39,181 nucleotides of DNA, from positions 1-39,181 of the forward strand of contig CALVPE010000042.1 in NCBI GenBank assembly GCA_944350485.1, read 5' to 3'. The translations under genes and the position numbers were made by a program. Shown here piece by piece: positions 29,902-39,181 of this stretch (position 1 is its first letter; every line of letters begins with the position of its first letter). The notes under the pieces are model-generated. The model worked only from the letters and a program-made list of their open reading frames with translations. It was not told the DNA's origin and made no database searches. This stretch comes from an uncultured Bacilli bacterium (GTDB lineage Bacteria > Bacillota_I > Bacilli_A > RF39 > UBA660).

Positions 29902-31357
29902 TGCAAAAAAAACAAAAAAGAAAAAGTCTGGGATGGCTTTATCAGCTTTTTCAATAATTTTAATTCTTATTGTTTTGCTAGGTATTCTTTCACATGTATT
30001 ATCTAATGCTGAATTTGTAGGAGAAGAAATTGTTAATGGTAGTGGGACAGTTGGTGCTAAACTATCAGATATTTTGATGGCTCCCATTCTAGGATTTGAA
30101 TCTGCAATTGATGTTAGTATATTTGTTCTTATCTTAGGTGGCTTTTTAGCCATTGTAACAAAAACAGGGGCACTTGAAACAGGTATTCAAGTTTTAGTTC
30201 GAAAACTTAAAGGTAAAGAATTAATTTTAATTCCAATTTTAATGTTTATATTCTCAATTGGAGGAACAACTTATGGAATGCTTGAAGAAACGGTTGGTTT
30301 TTACGTATTATTAGCTGCAACAATGATGGCAGCTGGGATGGATCCTTTAGTAGGAGCAGCCACAATTTTATTAGGAGCAGGATCAGGTGTTCTTGGATCA
30401 ACAATTAACCCTTTTGCAACAGGAGCAGCTATAAGTGCTCTTCCTGCAGGTATTCAAGTTAATCAAGGCTTAGTTATTTTAATTGGAACGCTTCTTTGGA
30501 TAATAACTTTAGCGATTTCCATTATCTTTGTTATGACTTATGCCGCTAAAGTAAAAAGAGATAAAGGTTCAACTTTCTTATCACTAAGAGAGCAAAAAAA
30601 TGCAGAAAGAAAATTTGGCAATTATGCTGAAAAATTTGAAGGGAAAGAAGTTAATTTAAGCAATATGCAAAAAATTACTTTAATCTTGTTTGCTTTAACT
30701 TTTGTTGTTATGATTGTTGGTTTCATCCCTTGGGGAGAATTTAACATTTCTTTCTTTGATAAGTTTACGGGTTGGCTAACAGGTTCTACTTTTGGTAATT
30801 GGTGGTTTTATGAAGCAGCTTTATGGTTTTTGGTTATGGCTATTATTATTGGTATTGTTAATAAAATGGGTGAAAAAGGTATAGTTGATACTTTTGTTGA
30901 TGGTGCTGATGATATGGTTGGGGTTATCTTAATCATAGCTATTGCTAGGGGTGCAAGTGTTTTAATGAGTCAAACCTATTTAGATAACTATATCATTTAT
31001 AATGCTGCTAATTTGTTGAAAAATGTTCCTGAACTATTATTTACTCCACTTAATTATATTTTACATATTGTTTTATCAATTTTAGTACCGTCTTCATCAG
31101 GTCTTGCAACTTTATCTTCCCCAATTATTGGACCACTTGCTAATCAATTAGGTTATAGTGTTGAAACAAGTGTTATGACAACAGTTGCAGCTAATGGATT
31201 AGTTAATTTAATTACTCCAACTTGTGGTGCTATTATGGGTGGTTTAGCTCTTGCTAAAATTGAATATTCAACTTGGTTTAAATGGGCTTTTAAAATAATA
31301 ATTACAATTGCTTTAGCAAATATTATTATTTTATCATTAGCAACTTTAATGTTTTAA
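29894..31357 (+). CDS. YfcC/ArcD-type basic amino acid antiporter (probable arginine/ornithine exchanger)
   Basis: Multi-TM protein with GG..YGM.EE, NPF.TG, PSSSG.A and PT.G..MG.L motifs. Last gene of the arc operon. Confidence 0.88.
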   Translation: MSDAKKTKKKKSGMALSAFSIILILIVLLGILSHVLSNAEFVGEEIVNGSGTVGAKLSDILMAPILGFESAIDVSIFVLILGGFLAIVTKTGALETGIQVLVRKLKGKELILIPILMFIFSIGGTTYGMLEETVGFYVLLAATMMAAGMDPLVGAATILLGAGSGVLGSTINPFATGAAISALPAGIQVNQGLVILIGTLLWIITLAISIIFVMTYAAKVKRDKGSTFLSLREQKNAERKFGNYAEKFEGKEVNLSNMQKITLILFALTFVVMIVGFIPWGEFNISFFDKFTGWLTGSTFGNWWFYEAALWFLVMAIIIGIVNKMGEKGIVDTFVDGADDMVGVILIIAIARGASVLMSQTYLDNYIIYNAANLLKNVPELLFTPLNYILHIVLSILVPSSSGLATLSSPIIGPLANQLGYSVETSVMTTVAANGLVNLITPTCGAIMGGLALAKIEYSTWFKWAFKIIITIALANIIILSLATLMF

Positions 31358-31377
31358 TTAATTTTTATGTATTTTAT

Positions 31378-31422
31378 AAAGATACTGTTAAAAAATGAAT
31401 ATTTTTATAACAGTTCTTTTTT
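31378..31422 (+). terminator. Terminator of the arc operon
   Basis: actgtta-aaaaat ... attttt-a-taacagt hairpin followed by tctttttt. Confidence 0.7.
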
Positions 31423-31562
31423 GTTACTAAAATTAAAAGTTTTGACTTAATTATTTTAAAATAATTTTTATATAATTAATTAACTTTATATATTTTTTTA
31501 TTATATTATTAAACTTCTAATTTAATTTTATATTTCATATATTTTATCAATTAAGGAGAAAT

Positions 31563-32237
31563 ATGAAATTATTAGCAATTGATTATGATAAAACACTCAA
31601 ATGTAGTAAATTTGATTTAAAAAGAAATATTAAAAGTTTAAAAAAATATATGGTTGATAATCTATTTTTATTAAATACAGGAAGATCATATCCAAGTATA
31701 AAAAAAGAAATAGATAAATATAAAATACCATATCATTATTTAAGTTGTAATGATGGAAATATTTTGTTTGATAATAATAATCAAGTTTTGTATGCAAGTA
31801 ATTTAGATAAAAACATTTTATTTGAATTAGAAAAAATTAAAATTGAAGATAAATTAACAATAAATCCTATCATTTTTTTAGATAATATATTAGAATATGA
31901 AATTATAATTTCAAAGTTAAATCAATTATTTTTGTTAGAACTTAAGAAAATTATGGTAAAATATAATTTGTGTTTGAAAATTTTTAAAGAACATGGTGTT
32001 TTTAAAATTTATATTTATGATTCTTTAATTTCTAAATCAAAACCAATTGAATATATAAGAGAAAAAGAATATCTTTTAAGTAATAATATTTATACAGTTG
32101 GGGATAACATTAATGATTTAGAAATGTTAAGGGATTATCATGGTTATAGCATGATTTGGTCTAAAAAAGAAATAAAAAAAGTTAGTGAAAAAAGTATCAT
32201 TAGTGTTAAGAGATTAATAGATAAACTTAGGAGGTAG
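31563..32237 (+). CDS. HAD superfamily hydrolase (Cof-like, subfamily IIB)
   Basis: DYDKTL, NTGR, SK and GDNINDLEM motifs I-IV. Confidence 0.85.
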   Translation: MKLLAIDYDKTLKCSKFDLKRNIKSLKKYMVDNLFLLNTGRSYPSIKKEIDKYKIPYHYLSCNDGNILFDNNNQVLYASNLDKNILFELEKIKIEDKLTINPIIFLDNILEYEIIISKLNQLFLLELKKIMVKYNLCLKIFKEHGVFKIYIYDSLISKSKPIEYIREKEYLLSNNIYTVGDNINDLEMLRDYHGYSMIWSKKEIKKVSEKSIISVKRLIDKLRR

Positions 32238-32239
32238 TT

Positions 32240-33511
32240 ATGTTTATTGATGAAACAAATATTAAAGTAATAGCAGGATCAGGCGGAGATGGTTGCACGG
32301 CTTTTAGAAGAGAAAAATATATCGAAATGGGAGGTCCTTATGGAGGTAACGGAGGACGTGGTTCAGATATTATTTTTAAAGTTGATACTGGTCTTCATAC
32401 TTTAATTGATTTAAGATATATGAAAACAATTAAAGGTAAAAAAGGTGAAAATGGAACTGGTAAAAATATGGATGGTAAAAATGCAGATAGTATTGTTATT
32501 AAAGTACCACAAGGAACAGTTGTAACCGATTATGATACTAATTTAATTATAGCAGATTTAAAAAATTCAAATGATGAAGTTGTTGTTGCTAAAGGTGGTA
32601 GAGGAGGTCGCGGTAATACAGCATTTAAGACATTAAGTAATCCAGCTCCAAATTTTTCAGAAAATGGAGAACCAGGTGAAGAAAAGATATTAAAAGTTGA
32701 ACTTAAACTATTAGCTGATGTTGGTTTAGTTGGACTTCCAAGTGTCGGCAAAAGTACTTTCTTATCAAAAGTTACAAAAGCAAAACCAAAGATTGCCGAT
32801 TATCATTTTACAACTTTAACACCAAATCTTGGAGTTGTGAAAACAAAAGATAATCGTAGTTTTGTAATAGCTGATTTGCCTGGTTTGATTGAAGGGGCAA
32901 GTCAGGGAGTAGGATTAGGTGATAAATTTTTAAGGCATATTGAAAGAACTAAAGTTATAGCTCATATAATTGATATGGGAAGTCAAGAAGGACGAGATCC
33001 TTATCAAGATTTTTTAACTATTAATAAAGAGTTAGAAAAATTTAGTCCTAAACTTTTACAAAAACCCATGATCATTTTAGCAAATAAAATGGATTTACCA
33101 AATGCTAAAGATAATTTAAAAAAATTTCAAGAAAAAGTTAAACTAGAAATATACCCAATTAGTACAATTACCGCTGAAAATTTAGAACCGGTTTTAATAA
33201 AACTTGCTGATTTAGTTTATGAAGCACCAAATACACCTTTATATGAAGAAACTGAATTTTTATCACATGTTTTATATAAATTTGAAACAGAAAAACCATT
33301 TACAATTGAAAAAATTGGCCAAGATTATATAATATCTGGTAAGCAAGTTGAAAAAATGTTTCGGATGACAAACTTTCAATCCGATGAAGGAATTGAAAGA
33401 TTTATTCGCAAGTTAAGAAAAATAGGAATTGATGATGAATTAGAAAAAATGGGAATTGAAGAAGGGGATATTGTTAAAATTCTTGATTATGAATTTGAAT
33501 ATCGTAAATAA
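32240..33511 (+). CDS. obgE: GTPase ObgE/CgtA
   Basis: Gly-rich Obg domain, GLPSVGKST, YHFTTL.P, DLPG, NKMD and a C-terminal OCT domain. Confidence 0.97.
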   Translation: MFIDETNIKVIAGSGGDGCTAFRREKYIEMGGPYGGNGGRGSDIIFKVDTGLHTLIDLRYMKTIKGKKGENGTGKNMDGKNADSIVIKVPQGTVVTDYDTNLIIADLKNSNDEVVVAKGGRGGRGNTAFKTLSNPAPNFSENGEPGEEKILKVELKLLADVGLVGLPSVGKSTFLSKVTKAKPKIADYHFTTLTPNLGVVKTKDNRSFVIADLPGLIEGASQGVGLGDKFLRHIERTKVIAHIIDMGSQEGRDPYQDFLTINKELEKFSPKLLQKPMIILANKMDLPNAKDNLKKFQEKVKLEIYPISTITAENLEPVLIKLADLVYEAPNTPLYEETEFLSHVLYKFETEKPFTIEKIGQDYIISGKQVEKMFRMTNFQSDEGIERFIRKLRKIGIDDELEKMGIEEGDIVKILDYEFEYRK

Positions 33512-33514
33512 AAG

Positions 33515-33551
33515 AAATGCTATAAATCAAAATAAATTTATAGCATTTTTT
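33515..33551 (+). terminator. Terminator after obgE
   Basis: aaatgctataaat / atttatagcattt 13-bp stem plus T-run. Confidence 0.8.
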
Positions 33552-33632
33552 GAAAATGTTTTGAAATTTTCTTGCATATATTTAATAAGTAATTTATAAT
33601 TAAAAATGTTAAAAGAGAAAAGAAAGGAAAAT

Positions 33633-36074
33633 ATGTTAAAATTAGTAAATATTAAAAAAGTTTATAATCCGAGTAGTCTAGAAAAAGTTGAAGCCTTAAA
33701 AGGTATTTCAATAGATTTTCGAAAATCAGAGTTTGTATCTATTTTAGGTCCAAGTGGTTGTGGAAAAACAACACTTTTAAATATAATTGGAGGTTTAGAT
33801 AATTGTACAGATGGAGATTTATTAATTGATAATAAGTCAACTAAAGATTTTAAAGATCAAGATTTTGACATTTATCGTAATCATCAAGTAGGCTTTGTTT
33901 TTCAAAGTTACAATCTAATTACTCATCAAAGTGTTTTAGCTAATGTGGAACTTGCTTTAACTTTATCAGGAGTTAGTAAAAAAGAAAGACGAAAAAAAGC
34001 CCTTAAAGCTTTAGAAAGTGTTGGTTTAAAAGATCAAGTTAATAAAAAACCTAATCAATTATCAGGTGGTCAAATGCAAAGAGTAGCAATTGCTAGAGCT
34101 TTAGTAAATGATCCTGAAATTATTTTAGCTGATGAACCAACGGGAGCATTGGATTCTAAAACTAGTATTCAAATTATGGATTTATTAAAAAAAATTTCTA
34201 AAGATAAATTAATCATCATGGTAACTCATAATGAAGAATTAGCTAATACTTATTCAAACCGAATTATTAAATTATTAGATGGTAGTGTTTTAAGTGATAC
34301 AAATCCTTATCAAAATAAAATTGAAAAAAAAGAAGTTTTAAAAAGCAAAAAAATTTCGATGAATTTTTTAACTGCTTTATCGTTAAGTTTTAATAATTTA
34401 TTAACCAAAAAAGGAAGAACTATTTTAACAAGTTTTGCCGGTTCCATAGGTATTATAGGAATAGCTTTAATTTTATCACTTTCAAGTGGCATTAATAATT
34501 ATATTAAAAGAGTTGAAGAAGATGCCTTATCAAGTTATCCTTTAATTATCGAAGAAACTTCTTTTGATGCTTCAGAGTTAATTAGTTCTTTAATGGGGCA
34601 AACAGAAAAAAAACAGCATGATAATGATAAAATATATACAAATGATATTATGGTTAATATGCTAACAACATTATCTAAAGGAATACAAAGTAATAATTTA
34701 ACAAAATTTAAAAGCTATTTGGAATCAAATTCTCATATTAAAGATTATACTTTGGATATTGCTTATCGTTATAATTTAAATTTAAATATTTATAAAAATA
34801 CAACTGATCAAATTATCCAAGTAAATCCAAGTACTTTACTACAAGAATTTATGCCACCTCAAAACAATCAAACAATGCAAATGGGTATGTCGGGGAATAA
34901 TGTTTTTAGTGAAATGTTATCAAATCAAGAACTATTAGAAAAACAATATGAATTATTAGCTGGTTCTTGGGCAAAAGAATCAAATGAATTAATGTTAATT
35001 GTAAATAAAGATAATGAAATAAGTGATTATGTTCTTTATACTTTAGGAATAAAAGATCAAAATGAAGTTAAAAACATGATGGATAAAGTTTTAAAAGGAG
35101 AAAAAATACCTGAAAGTGCTGGAACTAGTTATGCATATGAAGATTTATTAAATCTTGAATATAAATTAGTTTTACCAACTAGTTATTATCAAAAAGTAAA
35201 TGGTTTATGGCAACTAATAAATACCGAAAATGAAATAAAAAATTTAATTAAAAACGGAAAAACTTTAAAAATTGTTGGAATAATTAAAGCTAATGAGGAA
35301 GCAACAAGTACTTCCATAAATGGTAGTATTGGCTATAAATCATCTTTAATAACTGATTTAATTGCTGAAATAAATAATACAGATATTGTTAAAGAACAAA
35401 TAAATAATAAAAATATTAATGTCTTTACAGGTAAAGAATTTGATTCTATGTCATCGTATGAAGATAATTTAAAAAAACTAAATGTTTTTGATTACGACAC
35501 TCCATCTAATATATCTTTATATGCGAAAGATTTTGACAGTAAGGAAAAAATAATTGATTTAATTGATGATTATAATGAGAAAGAAAGAGCGTCAGGCCAA
35601 GAAGAAAATGTTATTAAATATACTGATGTTGTTGGAACTATGATTAATTCTGTTTCTTCAATTGTAAATATTATTAGTAGTGTTTTAATCGCTTTTGTAA
35701 CAATTTCTTTAATCGTTTCAAGTATCATGATTGGAATCATAACTTATATTTCTGTTATCGAAAGAACTAAAGAAATAGGTATTTTAAGAGCTATTGGAGC
35801 TAGGAAAAAAGATATTTCCAGAGTTTTCAATGCTGAGACAATTATTGTTGGTTTTACATCAGGAATATTTGGAATTTTAATAACCATGCTTTTAAATATT
35901 CCAATTAATATCATTATTAAAAATTTAACAAATATTAGTAATATAGCTAGTTTACCAATAGTAGGTTCAATTATTTTAATCATTATAAGTATGTTCCTAA
36001 CTTTAATTGCTGGTTTAATCCCATCCAAAGTAGCTAGTAAAAAAGATCCAGTTGAAGCTTTAAGAGTTGAATAA
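33633..36074 (+). CDS. MacB/FtsX-type ABC transporter, fused ATPase and permease
   Basis: GPSGCGKTT, LSGGQMQR, ADEPTGALD, a large extracellular loop and ERTKEIGILRAIGA. ATG 33633 after GAAAGGA. Confidence 0.92.
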   Translation: MLKLVNIKKVYNPSSLEKVEALKGISIDFRKSEFVSILGPSGCGKTTLLNIIGGLDNCTDGDLLIDNKSTKDFKDQDFDIYRNHQVGFVFQSYNLITHQSVLANVELALTLSGVSKKERRKKALKALESVGLKDQVNKKPNQLSGGQMQRVAIARALVNDPEIILADEPTGALDSKTSIQIMDLLKKISKDKLIIMVTHNEELANTYSNRIIKLLDGSVLSDTNPYQNKIEKKEVLKSKKISMNFLTALSLSFNNLLTKKGRTILTSFAGSIGIIGIALILSLSSGINNYIKRVEEDALSSYPLIIEETSFDASELISSLMGQTEKKQHDNDKIYTNDIMVNMLTTLSKGIQSNNLTKFKSYLESNSHIKDYTLDIAYRYNLNLNIYKNTTDQIIQVNPSTLLQEFMPPQNNQTMQMGMSGNNVFSEMLSNQELLEKQYELLAGSWAKESNELMLIVNKDNEISDYVLYTLGIKDQNEVKNMMDKVLKGEKIPESAGTSYAYEDLLNLEYKLVLPTSYYQKVNGLWQLINTENEIKNLIKNGKTLKIVGIIKANEEATSTSINGSIGYKSSLITDLIAEINNTDIVKEQINNKNINVFTGKEFDSMSSYEDNLKKLNVFDYDTPSNISLYAKDFDSKEKIIDLIDDYNEKERASGQEENVIKYTDVVGTMINSVSSIVNIISSVLIAFVTISLIVSSIMIGIITYISVIERTKEIGILRAIGARKKDISRVFNAETIIVGFTSGIFGILITMLLNIPINIIIKNLTNISNIASLPIVGSIILIIISMFLTLIAGLIPSKVASKKDPVEALRVE

Positions 36075-36101
36075 ATACTTTAATTAATAATTATAAAAGA
36101 T

Positions 36102-36132
36102 AATAAAAGATTAATTTCTTTTATTTTTTTTT
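36102..36132 (+). terminator. Probable terminator after the ABC transporter
   Basis: aataaaaga / tcttttatt stem plus T-run. Confidence 0.55.
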
Positions 36133-36207
36133 AAATAATCGCTATTTTTATGTTATACTTTAAGTAGTGAAAAAAATTAATATTTTTATGAATAAAGGGG
36201 TGTTTGA

Positions 36208-36936
36208 ATGTTAATTACTAGTTTAGAAAATCAAAAGATAAAAAAATATTTAAAATTAAAAAATAAAAAATATCGTGATTTAGATAAATTATATTTAATT
36301 GAAGGTTATCATTTAGTAAAAGAAGCATTAGATAGCAACTTATTAATTGATTTATTTATTCTTGAAAATGCAAATATTAATTTTAACTTTCCTTATACTT
36401 TTGTCACTAAAGAAATTATGAAAAAATTATCAAGTTTAGAAACAATTCCTGATATAATTGGGGTTTGTAAAATGAAAGATGAAGAGAAAATAAGGGGAAA
36501 TAAAATTCTTTTATTAGATGATATTCAAGATCCTGGTAATTTAGGAACAATTATTAGAAGTAGTTTAGCTTTTAATATTGATACAATTGTTTTAAGTTTA
36601 AAAACTGTTGATTTATATAATGAAAAAGTAATACGAAGTACCCAAGGAATGTTATTTAAAATTAATATTTTAAGAAAAGATTTAAAAGAAGTAATATCTG
36701 ATTTAAAAAAGAATGATTATCTTATTTTAGGAACTAATGTTATTAATGGGGAAGATGTTAGAAGTATAAAAACAGATAAATTTGCTTTAATAATGGGGAA
36801 TGAAGGAAAAGGAGTTGATTTAGAACTTCAAGAATTATGTGATAAAAATTTATATATTCAAATGAATAAGGATTGTGAAAGTTTAAATGTCAGTGTTGCT
36901 ACAAGTATTCTTTTATATGAATTAAGTAGGAAATAA
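36208..36936 (+). CDS. TrmH/SpoU family RNA methyltransferase
   Basis: ITS..N..IK, IEG, QDPGNLGTIIRS, GNEG.G, ESLNVSVA. Confidence 0.93.
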   Translation: MLITSLENQKIKKYLKLKNKKYRDLDKLYLIEGYHLVKEALDSNLLIDLFILENANINFNFPYTFVTKEIMKKLSSLETIPDIIGVCKMKDEEKIRGNKILLLDDIQDPGNLGTIIRSSLAFNIDTIVLSLKTVDLYNEKVIRSTQGMLFKINILRKDLKEVISDLKKNDYLILGTNVINGEDVRSIKTDKFALIMGNEGKGVDLELQELCDKNLYIQMNKDCESLNVSVATSILLYELSRK

Positions 36937-36978
36937 GTTTTAGCAAGGGGTTAAGATATTAGAATAGGAAGTGGTAAA

Positions 36979-37446
36979 ATGCAAATTATAATTGGTAAAT
37001 ATGTAAATACGCATGGTATTTTAGGGGAAATTAGAATTAAATCAAATTTTAAATTTAAAGATAAAGTTTTTAAAATAGGTAATAAGTTAATTATTGCTAA
37101 TAAAGTTTTCATTATTAAATCATATCGAGTTCATAAAGGGTATGATATGGTTAAATTAGTAGGGATTGATAACATTAATCAAATTATTAATCTAAAAGGG
37201 AGTTTAGTTTATTTTGAAAAAGATAATTTAAATTTAAAGAAAGATGAGTATTTAGATGATGATTTAAGAGGTTTTAAAGTTTTTATGGATAAATTAGAAA
37301 TTGGTATTTTAGATCAAATAACTTATTTAACGGATACTAAGAAATTACTAGTTGTTAATAATCGTTTAATTCCCTTTGAATTAGTTGATAAGATTGATTT
37401 TAAAAATAAAAAGATTATTGTTAAGCAGGTTGGTGGTTTAATATGA
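36979..37446 (+). CDS. rimM: 16S rRNA processing protein RimM
   Basis: IGK.VNTHG..GE, EY...DL.G and LIPF motifs. Directly upstream of trmD. Confidence 0.92.
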   Translation: MQIIIGKYVNTHGILGEIRIKSNFKFKDKVFKIGNKLIIANKVFIIKSYRVHKGYDMVKLVGIDNINQIINLKGSLVYFEKDNLNLKKDEYLDDDLRGFKVFMDKLEIGILDQITYLTDTKKLLVVNNRLIPFELVDKIDFKNKKIIVKQVGGLI

Positions 37447-38108
37447 AAATAGATATTTTGACACTTTTTCCAATCATGTTTGATGGTTTTTTAAGTGAAT
37501 CTATTATTAAAAGAGCAATTCAAAATAAAAAAGTTGAAGTTAATATACATAACTTTCGTGATTATTCAAAAGATTTACATTCTAAGGTTGATGATACTCC
37601 TTATGGTGGTGGAGCTGGTATGGTTTTAATGTGTCAACCCATAATGGACTGTGTTAAAGCTCTTTTAGATAAAGATAGCTATGTAATTATGCTAACGCCT
37701 GATGGAAAAGTTTATAATCAAGAAATGGCTATTTCTTTAGCTAAAAAGAAACATTTAATTTTAATTTGTGGTCATTATGAAGGATTTGATGAAAGAATAA
37801 AATCAATTTGTAATGCTTTTATAAGTGTAGGAGATTTTATTTTAACAGGTGGAGAACTTCCAAGTATGATAATATGTGATAGTATTATTCGCTTATTAGA
37901 TGGAGTAATTACTAAAGATAGTTTAGAAACGGAATCTTTTACTAATAAATTATTAGATTATCCAACTTATACTAAACCAAGAGTATATGAAGGAATGGCA
38001 GTACCTGATGTTTTACTTTCAGGAGATCATGAAAAAATAAAACAATACAGAAAAGAAGCTCAAATAAAGAAAACAAAAGAATTAAGACCAGACTTATGGG
38101 AGGATTAA
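37443..38108 (+). CDS. trmD: tRNA (guanine37-N1)-methyltransferase
   Basis: VDDTPYGGGAGM, CGHYEGFDER, GDFILTGGE, YTKP, VPDVLLSGDH. Confidence 0.97.
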   Translation: MKIDILTLFPIMFDGFLSESIIKRAIQNKKVEVNIHNFRDYSKDLHSKVDDTPYGGGAGMVLMCQPIMDCVKALLDKDSYVIMLTPDGKVYNQEMAISLAKKKHLILICGHYEGFDERIKSICNAFISVGDFILTGGELPSMIICDSIIRLLDGVITKDSLETESFTNKLLDYPTYTKPRVYEGMAVPDVLLSGDHEKIKQYRKEAQIKKTKELRPDLWED

Positions 38109-38111
38109 CCA

Positions 38112-38564
38112 ATGAATTACCTAATTGTTAAAGAAAAAAACAAAAAAAGTGCTATCTATTTTGAATATAATAAAATAAATGGTTTTAATATGACTCCAAA
38201 AAACAAAAACATTAAATTAAAAAATGCCATTAATGTTAATAAAATGATCATTGTTAATCCATCATTTATAGAAAAAATAGTTGATAAAAAAATTAATAAA
38301 AAATTAATTCAACTAATTAATCTTATAATTAATATTTCAGATAATGATGAAGAAGATCCAGCCAGTTCTTTAATGTACTCTTTAAATGAAGTGGAAAAAT
38401 TTAAAAGAGAAGTTTTAAATAAATATTTAGCATTTTTAAATAAAAAACAACTTGAAAAACTAGATCAAAAAATTAAATATTTAGAACAAGAAGTAACTAT
38501 GAAAGCTTACTATGTTAATGAAAGGTTTTATCAAGATGTATATAAAAATAAAAAATCAAGGTAA
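38112..38564 (+). CDS. Hypothetical protein
   Basis: 150-aa ORF with a GGAGG RBS, starting just after the trmD stop. Confidence 0.8.
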   Translation: MNYLIVKEKNKKSAIYFEYNKINGFNMTPKNKNIKLKNAINVNKMIIVNPSFIEKIVDKKINKKLIQLINLIINISDNDEEDPASSLMYSLNEVEKFKREVLNKYLAFLNKKQLEKLDQKIKYLEQEVTMKAYYVNERFYQDVYKNKKSR

Positions 38565-38970
38565 AAAAATTAAAATTATTAAGATAATTTTCTTAATTAT
38601 TTGGTGCATATTAATCTTTTATTTTTCTAATCAAAGTGGTAATATTTCTCAAAGTAAAAGTGATATTTTTGTTGATTTATTTTCTAAAATATTTAATGAT
38701 TTAAGTTATGATTCTTTAAAGAATTTATCTTTTTTAATTCGAAAATTAGCTCATATTTTTTTATATTTTATTTTGTATTTATTAAGTTATAATGTTTTTA
38801 AAAATAAAAAATATAGTTTTTTATTTTGTTTAATTTTTGCTATAACTGATGAAGTTCATCAATATTTTATTCCAGGAAGAAGTTGTGAAATAAGGGATAT
38901 TTTATTTGATACATCAGGAGCTTTTTTAGGGTATTTAACAATATTTTTAAAAAAAGTTTTAAAATATTGA
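38512..38970 (+). CDS. VanZ family membrane protein
   Basis: W..LIF.FS.Q, IRKLAH...Y, A..DE.HQ.FIPGR....D...D..G. Start codon uncertain (38512 or 38536). Confidence 0.85.
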   Translation: MLMKGFIKMYIKIKNQGKKIKIIKIIFLIIWCILIFYFSNQSGNISQSKSDIFVDLFSKIFNDLSYDSLKNLSFLIRKLAHIFLYFILYLLSYNVFKNKKYSFLFCLIFAITDEVHQYFIPGRSCEIRDILFDTSGAFLGYLTIFLKKVLKY

Positions 38971-39086
38971 AATAAAGATTACTTGTAAAAATTAAAAAAA
39001 TGTTATATTATTAATACATAGAATAGGAAATATAATTAGCTATTTAATATAGTCATTTTTGATATAGTTTTTTAGTTGGAGGATAT

Positions 39087-39181
39087 ATGAAAAATAGAAG
39101 AATCGGTATAATAATTAGTATATTAGGTATTTTAGTAGTAACAATAGGTATAAGTTATGCAGCATTTAAATTTTTTTCAAA
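39087..39181 (+). CDS. 5' end of an exported protein (truncated by the window), SipW-type signal peptide
   Basis: GGAGG RBS, then MKNRRIGIIISILGILVVTIGISYAAFKFFQ... open to the window end. Confidence 0.7.
   Translation, partial: MKNRRIGIIISILGILVVTIGISYAAFKFFS

Noticed and set aside
31423..31562. Extremely AT-rich intergenic stretch as a possible origin or small RNA
   Set aside because: No DnaA boxes, iterons or stable structure seen. It is compatible with an ordinary promoter region in this genome.
24712..36028. Short minus-strand ORFs (24712, 27102, 27591, 28361, 28944, 29836, 32530, 34310, 35744)
   Set aside because: All lie antisense within highly conserved genes and have no independent support.

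Overview
Very AT-rich chromosomal segment of a reduced-genome, low-GC Bacillota. Gene content and protein style suggest Bacilli of the RF39/UBA660 type, which is an inference. Genetic code 11 applies (TGG = Trp; TGA ends maf and vanZ). Most of the window is housekeeping: tRNA-Leu(TAG), tRNA-Ile2(CAT), tRNA-Ala(TGC), rdgB, murD, eno, dnaE, a pyruvate-kinase-like gene, fmt, polA, pyrG, mntP, maf, T-box-regulated argS, obgE, a TrmH-family methylase, rimM and trmD. It also has a polar amino-acid ABC transporter next to a complete arginine deiminase operon (arcA, arcB, arcC, YfcC-type antiporter). I see no CRISPR array, rRNA, intact IS or prophage. The most notable oddities are: (1) a perfect 30-bp inverted repeat (1-30 vs 561-590) bracketing the two tRNAs plus a nonsense-riddled gene remnant, which is either an invertible segment or an end-of-contig chimera; (2) a pyruvate kinase homologue with many altered nucleotide/K+-site motifs and no pfkA between dnaE and pyk; (3) a phage-free cassette of a membrane-anchored SleB-like hydrolase, an exported protein and an orphan holin-like gene; (4) a surface Ig-repeat/MBL hydrolase with HxHxNH in place of HxHxDH; (5) an orphan helical protein with a 62-residue internal duplication.
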